Virus record (IMG/VR): IMGVR_UViG_3300033406_000020
Coordinates: 1 to 38,306 of that record
Source: a virus
Taxonomy: Duplodnaviria; Caudoviricetes
Strand: one strand, 5' to 3'
Length of the DNA stretch: 38,306 nucleotides
In this document: piece by piece, positions 27,976 to 34,161 of the stretch
Position numbering within the stretch: position 1 is the first letter of the stretch
How the letters are laid out: each line of letters opens with the position of its first letter
Notes under the pieces: generated by a model
What the model was told of the DNA's origin: nothing
What the model saw: the letters and a program-made list of their open reading frames with translations, nothing else
The model's database searches: none
Translations under genes and position numbers: made by a program

Positions 27976-28305
27976 GTGTCATTTCTCCTCTACCTAGGCT
28001 CGATCATCGCCTTTCTCTTTGGGTTGATCCTGTTCTGGGGCGCCAATGGCGCCATCCATCAAATTGCCGGGCTCGTATCAATGCTCATCGGCGCCGTACT
28101 TCTGGCCGGCGGGGCCGTCAATTCTTCGATCAACCGCAGCGGCAATCGGATATGTGACACCCTGGTCGCCACCAGAAAGGAACCGGCAGAACTGCCAGCT
28201 ACCACTGAACAGCCAGAACTAGAATCCATTCCCGAACCCAGCCCACCCGTAGCCAAAAGCTGGGTCGAAGTAGCGAAGGAAGAGATACAGCAAGGCCGCG
28301 CATAA
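27976..28305 (+). CDS. Two-TM membrane protein in the immunity region
   Basis: Two hydrophobic segments and an acidic/Pro tail, followed by a terminator. Confidence 0.6.
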   Translation: MSFLLYLGSIIAFLFGLILFWGANGAIHQIAGLVSMLIGAVLLAGGAVNSSINRSGNRICDTLVATRKEPAELPATTEQPELESIPEPSPPVAKSWVEVAKEEIQQGRA

Positions 28306-28343
28306 AGGAAAAGCCCAAACAAATATTCCTTTGTAATAATCAC

Positions 28344-28367
28344 AACCGCCTTCTGGCGGTTTTTTTT
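28344..28367 (+). terminator. Rho-independent terminator
   Basis: AACCGCC-TTCT-GGCGGTT followed by a T run. Confidence 0.85.
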
Positions 28368-28377
28368 GGCCCAAAAA

Positions 28378-28419
28378 ATCACAAGCGTGATTGACACAAG
28401 CAAACACAATCGTGATAAT
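28378..28419 (+). promoter_or_regulatory. PL/OL-like early promoter with operators
   Basis: TTGACA (28391)-N17-GATAAT (28414); operators ATCACAAGCGTGAT (28378-28391) and AACACAATCGTGAT (28403-28416). Confidence 0.85.
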
Positions 28420-28447
28420 CGGGCCAAACAAACCACCGGAGCCCGCC

Positions 28448-28645
28448 ATGGCAACAGCCCGCAACCCCATCCAGGTCATCAAGGAAGCCAAGCAGATCGC
28501 CAAGGACCACGGCGGCTTCGTGGTTGAAAAGGCCGGGAAATTCCTCGTCTACCGCAAGACCCAAACCTGCAACGTCTTCCTTGGTGCCCGTGGCAAGCCG
28601 GACACCCTGCGTTCTTTCGTTTGCCGCTGCTTCAACTTCAAATAG
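28448..28645 (+). CDS. Early hypothetical protein (65 aa)
   Basis: GGAG RBS; first gene after PL. Confidence 0.65.
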   Translation: MATARNPIQVIKEAKQIAKDHGGFVVEKAGKFLVYRKTQTCNVFLGARGKPDTLRSFVCRCFNFK

Positions 28646-28654
28646 GAGCCGTCC

Positions 28655-28789
28655 ATGCGTCTGCACTTATCCGCCCTAAAGGTCCATCTGGCGCACTGCG
28701 CTGCCGTCAAAGGCACCGGCCGCGTCATCGGCCTGACCTTTACCGCCAGCGGCATCCCGGCCATGGCCGCCGTTCCCACCGTCCGCTAG
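28655..28789 (+). CDS. Small early hypothetical protein (44 aa), not in the ORF track
   Basis: AGGAG RBS; MRLHLSALKVHLAHCAAVKGTGRVIGLTFTASGIPAMAAVPTVR fills the operon gap. Confidence 0.5.
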   Translation: MRLHLSALKVHLAHCAAVKGTGRVIGLTFTASGIPAMAAVPTVR

Positions 28790-28797
28790 GAACCACC

Positions 28798-29004
28798 ATG
28801 CCCGAAGCCATCATCATCCCCAGCGAAACCGAGGTCCAGGCAGCGGCAGACCTTGCCCGCTGCCACGGCATGAACCTCTACACCAACGGCGAACGCACCG
28901 TCATCGCGCCCAGCAAGCCGAGCAAAGGCCTCTGGGCCATGGTCCGCGTCTTCGTCATCACCCCGCACCGCGCCCGCCTGGAGACCCTGCCATGTCCCGC
29001 CTGA
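28798..29004 (+). CDS. Early hypothetical protein (68 aa)
   Basis: AGGA RBS; MPEAIIIPSETEVQAAADL... Confidence 0.6.
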   Translation: MPEAIIIPSETEVQAAADLARCHGMNLYTNGERTVIAPSKPSKGLWAMVRVFVITPHRARLETLPCPA

Positions 29005-29360
29005 TCTGCTGGCTGTACCGAATCATCTTCGGCCTTGAAGTGCGCATGGTCAGCGACCTGGAAGCCCTCGAAGCCGAGCGCGAAAACCTCCAGGCCGTCC
29101 ATGACACCATCGAAGAGCGCCTGCGCATCGCCTACCTGAAGATCAGGCGCCAGCGCGGTACCAATGCGGCCCGCCTTGACGAACTGGAAGCCGAGGCCGC
29201 CTACCTGCTTTCCCGCCGCGACGAGCTGTACGACGCCCTGCGCACCAAGCGCGAGCAGATCGACAACCTGCTCAAGGCCCGGGCCGACCAGGCCGAAGCC
29301 CCCAAGTTCGAACGGCGCGGCGGGCTGGTGCCGAAGGGGAATGAAGGGGGTGTGGCATGA
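28992..29360 (+). CDS. Coiled-coil hypothetical protein
   Basis: GGAG RBS; 122 aa, heptad-rich. Confidence 0.65.
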   Translation: MSRLICWLYRIIFGLEVRMVSDLEALEAERENLQAVHDTIEERLRIAYLKIRRQRGTNAARLDELEAEAAYLLSRRDELYDALRTKREQIDNLLKARADQAEAPKFERRGGLVPKGNEGGVA

Positions 29361-29662
29361 GCCGCCACGTCGACCACCACGGCGCCTTCGAGATCACCAG
29401 CCTGCCCGGGCAAAGCCAGGTCGCCATCTGCCACAGCTTCTTCGTTACCGAAGCCAAGCGCGGCCAGGGGCGCGGCAAGGTGCTCAAGGCCGAGCAGCGC
29501 CGCGCCCTGCGTGCCCTGCATTACGACTTTGCCCTCTGCACCGTTGCCGCGGCCAACAGCGCCCAGAAGCGCGTCCTGGAAGCCGAAGGCTGGCAAAAGC
29601 TCAGCGAGTTCCGCAACCGCCGCAGCAGTGAAACGACCGAAGTCTGGGGCATGCAGCCGTGA
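29357..29662 (+). CDS. Minimal GNAT-family acetyltransferase-like protein
   Basis: Motif A FFVTEAKRGQGRG and motif B-like TVAAANSAQKRVLEAEGW. Confidence 0.65.
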   Translation: MSRHVDHHGAFEITSLPGQSQVAICHSFFVTEAKRGQGRGKVLKAEQRRALRALHYDFALCTVAAANSAQKRVLEAEGWQKLSEFRNRRSSETTEVWGMQP

Positions 29663-29732
29663 TCAATGAATCGATCCTGGCCGCGTTCGCCCTCCTTTTT
29701 CTCATCGACCTGATTTTTAACTGAGACCAACC

Positions 29733-30311
29733 ATGAGCATTCTGATTTACGACACTGAGATCAAGCACGGCGTCACCACGCCGAACAATCCCCAGCAACC
29801 GGGCTACACCTATGCCAAAGGCTGGACGGACTTTGCCGGCATGGGCATCGCCACCATCGGCGTATGGGACGCCTACGACAACCGCCCGCACGTTTTCTGC
29901 GACGACAACCTTGACGAATGGCTGGCCCTGGTCGCCAAGCGCGACTGGGTCATCAGCTTCAACGGCCACCGCTTTGACGACCCGCTGCTTGAGGCCAACG
30001 GCGCCGGCTACCCGGCCGAGAAAAGCCTCGATCTGGCCGCACTGATCTGGCGCGCCGCTGGCATCCCCGTCGGGGAGCATCCCAAGGGCCTCAGCCTGGA
30101 TGCCATCTGCCGCGCCAACAACCTGCCCACCAAGACCGGCAACGGCGCCGACGCACCGCAGCTGTGGCAGGACGGGAAGATCGGCAAGGTCATCGACTAC
30201 TGCCTGGGCGACGTCCTCTGCACGCTCGCCCTGTTCCAGCTGATCTACCAACACGGCCAGATTACCGACCCCCGCACCGGCAGCGCCCTGACCGTCACTC
30301 TTCCATTCTGA
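29733..30311 (+). CDS. RNase H-like / DEDD 3'-5' exonuclease-domain protein
   Basis: YDTE, SFNGHRFDDPLL, LSLDAI and DYCLGDV motifs. Confidence 0.8.
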   Translation: MSILIYDTEIKHGVTTPNNPQQPGYTYAKGWTDFAGMGIATIGVWDAYDNRPHVFCDDNLDEWLALVAKRDWVISFNGHRFDDPLLEANGAGYPAEKSLDLAALIWRAAGIPVGEHPKGLSLDAICRANNLPTKTGNGADAPQLWQDGKIGKVIDYCLGDVLCTLALFQLIYQHGQITDPRTGSALTVTLPF

Positions 30312-30321
30312 AAGGACCACC

Positions 30322-31074
30322 ATGAGCAACCGCCAATCCGTCCTGCTCGCCCTGCAAAAGCACGGCAAGTGCACCTATAACGACCTCGAACTAAGCACCG
30401 GCATCGCGCGCGACAAGCTGCGCATTGCGATCAACGACGCCAAGAAAGCCGGGCATGTTGATGCCGCTGGAAAAGACACGGTCAGCGGCATGCCAGCCTA
30501 CGAAATCAGCCGCCACGGCATCACCTGGCTGACGAAGAACATGCCCACCAATACTGCCGAGGCGCCGGAAGAAAATGCCGTCAGCGTAAATGTTGCGGCC
30601 GACGCGAGCAAAGCGATCAGCGATCTCACCCAGGCCGGCGACCAGGTCAAGGATCTACAGATCAAGGAGCTGCAGATCCAGCTCGCCGAATGGCAGAGCG
30701 CCGCCCAGGAGATCGGCGCCAACAGCGCGAAGGAAATGCGCAACGCCTTCGCCGCCCAGGACATCCGCCTCACCGACCAGGTGCGCAAGACCAATGAAGC
30801 GCTTGAGCGCGTCGGCCAACTGGAAGACCAGCTGCAGGCCGGCAGCTTCGTCAGCGCACGGGTGGAGAGCATCAAGCCGGCTGGCTACATCGTTGCCCGC
30901 CCAAAGAAAGCCCTGCGCCGCTTCAACAAGGAAGAGGTCGCCGAATCCATCGCCCTGGGCGCCGTTCGTGCCGGCGGCTCGGCCGAGGTCTTCGCGCTTG
31001 TTCCCCACGGCAAGGCGGTGCGCGGTGCCGAGTTCCGCCGCTGGGCCGAAGCCAAGCTGATCAAGCATGCGTAA
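30322..31074 (+). CDS. Hypothetical protein with N-terminal wHTH-like region and coiled coil
   Basis: AAGGA RBS; 250 aa. Confidence 0.65.
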   Translation: MSNRQSVLLALQKHGKCTYNDLELSTGIARDKLRIAINDAKKAGHVDAAGKDTVSGMPAYEISRHGITWLTKNMPTNTAEAPEENAVSVNVAADASKAISDLTQAGDQVKDLQIKELQIQLAEWQSAAQEIGANSAKEMRNAFAAQDIRLTDQVRKTNEALERVGQLEDQLQAGSFVSARVESIKPAGYIVARPKKALRRFNKEEVAESIALGAVRAGGSAEVFALVPHGKAVRGAEFRRWAEAKLIKHA

Positions 31075-31513
31075 ATCGGCCAAGCGTCGCCCCTTCCAGG
31101 CGACCAAGCTCCGGCTTGCCTGCCAGCCCTGGCGCATCGACATGGTGTTCGCTCCGATCGAGCGCATCCTGCATCGCATCGAGATGGACGGCACGGTCGA
31201 CGCCGCCCAGGGCAAGCCGGTTTTCTACGAAGACGGCGAAGGCGGCTGGTACGAAACGACCGCCGCCCTGCGCGGCATCATCCACTTTCACGAAGTCGCC
31301 GCCGACCGCCTTGGCGAGACCGCCGACATCGACGGCTTTACCCGCCTGGCCAACAAACTGGACGCCGGCGCGCCCCTCTTCGAATCAGACCTCGCCCTGG
31401 TCCGCACCAGCATCGCCGCTTGCCGGCAGCAAGCCCTGCGCCTGACCCTGGCCGAAGCCAAGGACATTCTGACCACCGTGCGCATCAGCACGGCTATGGA
31501 GGAAGCAGCATGA
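31067..31513 (+). CDS. Phage hypothetical protein
   Basis: 148 aa, overlaps the upstream gene in the operon. Confidence 0.65.
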   Translation: MRKSAKRRPFQATKLRLACQPWRIDMVFAPIERILHRIEMDGTVDAAQGKPVFYEDGEGGWYETTAALRGIIHFHEVAADRLGETADIDGFTRLANKLDAGAPLFESDLALVRTSIAACRQQALRLTLAEAKDILTTVRISTAMEEAA

Positions 31514-31554
31514 ACCACCAAACCCGCCAAGCCTATTCAACCCAAGGAGCAACC

Positions 31555-31916
31555 ATGCAACAACTTCAAATCCCGCCGCTCGCCGAAGGCGAAACCTACA
31601 TCGGCGCCATCGGCGACAAGGCCGGAAACCTGCACCACGTCATCCTGCTGCCCGGCGATAACGACGACGCCACCTGGCAGGATCAGATGGAGTGGGCCAA
31701 GAGCATCGGCGGCGATCTGCCCAGCCGCATCGAGCAGGCCATGCTGTGGGCCGACCACCGCGACCAGCTCAAGAAGGACTGGTACTGGAGCAATGAGACA
31801 CACCATACCGAGTCCGGTTGGGCTTGGCTTCAGTACGTCAGCTACGGCTACCAGAGCGCGGCTACCGCAAGTACTACGAGCTCCGCGCTCGTGCCGTCCG
31901 CAGATTGCCCATTTAA
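31555..31916 (+). pseudogene. DGR target 1, DUF1566/CLec-like protein, frameshifted in its VR
   Basis: TWQDQMEWAK...LPSRIE...WYWS...AW. A 2-nt insertion at about 31858-31859 shifts away from the ELRARAVRRLPI* ending (TAA 31914-31916), so the as-read frame ends at 31944. Alternative start 31510. Confidence 0.8.
31808..31907 (+). repeat. DGR variable region VR1
   Basis: Against TR: 13 substitutions at TR adenines, one T>G (31837) and one 2-nt insertion. Confidence 0.92.
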
Positions 31917-31940
31917 TCATTCAGTCATTTCGAGGAAACC

Positions 31941-32420
31941 ATGACACCAACCATCACGCTTGAATCGATCAAGGCCGAGCATGCCAAGCTCGCCGACATG
32001 ATCGCCGCCTTCGAGGCCCAGGCTGGCACGCCGGAATCCATTCGCTTCCCCGAACTGCTGCTTGAACTGAATCCGGGTGAGCGCTATGCCGGCTTAGTTC
32101 TTGGCAAGGACGGCGAACCGAGCCATCACCTGGTACTGCTGCCCGGCCAGGCCGACGACATCACCTGGGACAAGGCCATGGAGTGGGCCGGCCAGCAAAC
32201 CGGCAAATACGTCGCCAGCCTTCCTACCCGCCGCGAACAAGCACTTCTCTTCGCTAACCTCAAAGAGGAATTCGAGCAACGCTACTACTGGTCCTGCGAA
32301 GCCCATGAGTCCGAGTCCGGTTGGGCTTGGATTCAGGGCTTCTACTACGGCTACCAGTTCAGCGGCCACAAGCGCGACGAGCTCCGCGCTCGTGCCGTCC
32401 GCAGATTAGTTATTGAGTAA
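31941..32420 (+). CDS. DGR target 2, DUF1566/CLec-like protein
   Basis: TWDKAMEWA...LPTRREQALL...YYWS...AW...ELRARAVRR, with a C-terminal VR. Confidence 0.9.
   Translation: MTPTITLESIKAEHAKLADMIAAFEAQAGTPESIRFPELLLELNPGERYAGLVLGKDGEPSHHLVLLPGQADDITWDKAMEWAGQQTGKYVASLPTRREQALLFANLKEEFEQRYYWSCEAHESESGWAWIQGFYYGYQFSGHKRDELRARAVRRLVIE
32309..32407 (+). repeat. DGR variable region VR2
   Basis: Against TR: 14 substitutions, all at TR adenines, no indels. Confidence 0.95.
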
Positions 32421-32438
32421 TTAAGTCATTTAGTCAGC

Positions 32439-32813
32439 ATGGCCACCCATACCAACCTTCCCATCTACAAAGTCGCCTATGACCTGCTCGGCATCATTGC
32501 CGGGCTGGTCAAGAACATGCACCGCGACTACAAACGATCAATCGGCGAGAAGATCAGCACCGAATGCATCGAGATCACGGTGCTAATCTTCCGGGCCAAT
32601 GTCGCCCAGGACAAGGCTCCGCATTTGCTGGAATTGATCGAACGCCTGCAGGTTGCTGAGTTGATGCTGCGCCTGTCCATGGACAAGCGCCTCATTTCGA
32701 AGCCAGCCTACGCGCAGGCCATCGAACTCACCAGCAGCATCGGGAAGCAAGCAAACGGGTGGCGCCGCGCCGCACATCGCCCGCTTCATGGAGGTCAAGG
32801 CCGCCATGACTGA
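32439..32813 (+). CDS. avd: DGR accessory variability determinant (four-helix bundle)
   Basis: LPIYKVAYDL...RDYKRSIGEKI...SIGKQANGW; lies between the targets and TR/RT. Confidence 0.88.
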   Translation: MATHTNLPIYKVAYDLLGIIAGLVKNMHRDYKRSIGEKISTECIEITVLIFRANVAQDKAPHLLELIERLQVAELMLRLSMDKRLISKPAYAQAIELTSSIGKQANGWRRAAHRPLHGGQGRHD

Positions 32814-34161
32814 GCGATCTTTCAATCTGGTCGTGCCGCTGGCTCACAAGGCCACCGCCATGCGCACCGCAGATACCGCCGGCAGCAGCCGGGTCCGGTC
32901 TGGCGCAGTTTCCCCGCTGAACATTCGGCCGGTCGACGTAGAAAGCACGATGGGTCCGAGTCCGGTTGGGCTTGGAATCAGAACTTCAACAACGGCAACC
33001 AGAACAACAACCACAAGAACAACGAGCTCCGCGCTCGTGCCGTCCGCAGATTGGAACGTAGCCGCTGACTTTACCTTCCAGGAACTCGCCCAGGCCTATT
33101 TCGACTGCCGCCGCACCAAGCGCAACAGCGCCAGCGCACTGGCCTTCGAAGAGCGCCTGGAGCCGAACCTGCGTAAGCTATACGACGATCTGCAGGCCGG
33201 TAGCTACACACCAGGCCGCAGTATCTGCTTCATCATCACCCGGCCAAAAGCCCGCGAGGTCTGGGCCGCCACCTTCCGCGACCGCATCGTGCACCACCTG
33301 CTGCACAACCGGATCGCGCCACGGTTCTACGCCCGATTCATCGCCGATAGCTGCGCCTGCATCCCGGGGCGCGGCACACTGTATGCCGCTGAGCGCCTCG
33401 AAGCCAAGGTGCGCAGCATCACCCAGAACTGGCGCAAGCCAGCGCACTACCTCAAGTGCGACTTGGCCAACTTCTTCGTCAGCATCGACAAGTACATCGT
33501 CCGCGACCTGCTCGCCAAGCACATCGATGAACCTTTCTGGATGTCGCTCGCTGAAATGATCCTGTTTCACGACCCGCGCCAGGACTTTGAATACCAAGGT
33601 GACCCGGCATTGCTGTCCAAGGTTCCGGAGCACAAACGTCTGACTAACCAGCCGGCGCACCTCGGCCTGCCGATCGGCAACCTGAGCAGCCAGTTCTTTG
33701 CCAACGTCTATCTCAACGCCCTCGACCAGTTCGTCAAGCACGACCTGCGCTGCCGGCACTACATCCGCTACGTCGACGACTTCGTGCTGCTACATGAGTC
33801 ACCGCAATGGCTCAACGAGGCACATGACCATATTGAGGGCTTCCTCAAAATGGTTCTGGCCGCTCGCCTCAACCCTAAAAAGACCATCCTGCAGCCGGTC
33901 GACCGCGGCATCGACTTCGTCGGCCAAGTCATCAAGCCCTGGCGCCGTACGTTGCGCCGCCGGACGTTCAATGAGGCGCTCAGTCGCACCGCCTCGATGC
34001 CGGCCGATCAGCTTTTCGATACAGGAAACAGCTACTTCGGCCTGCTGCGCCAAACCACTCACAGCCACCACGACCGTGCCCAACTTGCCAATGCACTGCG
34101 GGTTCGCGGTCACAGCATCAAGGCCGACCTGAGCAAAACCTACCGGAGATCCGTAGCATGA
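32806..34161 (+). CDS. DGR reverse transcriptase
   Basis: FRDRIVHH, KCDLANFF, GLPIGNLSSQFFAN (DGR-type SQ motif), YIRYVDDF and GIDFVG. Start uncertain (32788, 32806, 32860 or 32950). Confidence 0.95.
   Translation: MTERSFNLVVPLAHKATAMRTADTAGSSRVRSGAVSPLNIRPVDVESTMGPSPVGLGIRTSTTATRTTTTRTTSSALVPSADWNVAADFTFQELAQAYFDCRRTKRNSASALAFEERLEPNLRKLYDDLQAGSYTPGRSICFIITRPKAREVWAATFRDRIVHHLLHNRIAPRFYARFIADSCACIPGRGTLYAAERLEAKVRSITQNWRKPAHYLKCDLANFFVSIDKYIVRDLLAKHIDEPFWMSLAEMILFHDPRQDFEYQGDPALLSKVPEHKRLTNQPAHLGLPIGNLSSQFFANVYLNALDQFVKHDLRCRHYIRYVDDFVLLHESPQWLNEAHDHIEGFLKMVLAARLNPKKTILQPVDRGIDFVGQVIKPWRRTLRRRTFNEALSRTASMPADQLFDTGNSYFGLLRQTTHSHHDRAQLANALRVRGHSIKADLSKTYRRSVA
32954..33053 (+). ncRNA. DGR template region (TR)
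   Basis: AAC-rich copy of both VRs: ...TGG AAT CAG AAC TTC AAC AAC GGC AAC CAG AAC AAC AAC CAC AAG AAC AAC GAG CTC CGC GCT CGT GCC GTC CGC AGA. Confidence 0.95.

Noticed and set aside
31808-33053. Three ~100-bp repeats as a CRISPR array or simple duplication
   Set aside because: There is no repeat-spacer periodicity and no cas genes, and the mismatches are confined to TR adenines.
32788-34161. RT as a group II intron, retron or Abi RT
   Set aside because: It has the DGR-type SQ motif, an adjacent avd, and a TR/VR pair with adenine-specific mismatches. No maturase or endonuclease domain is visible.
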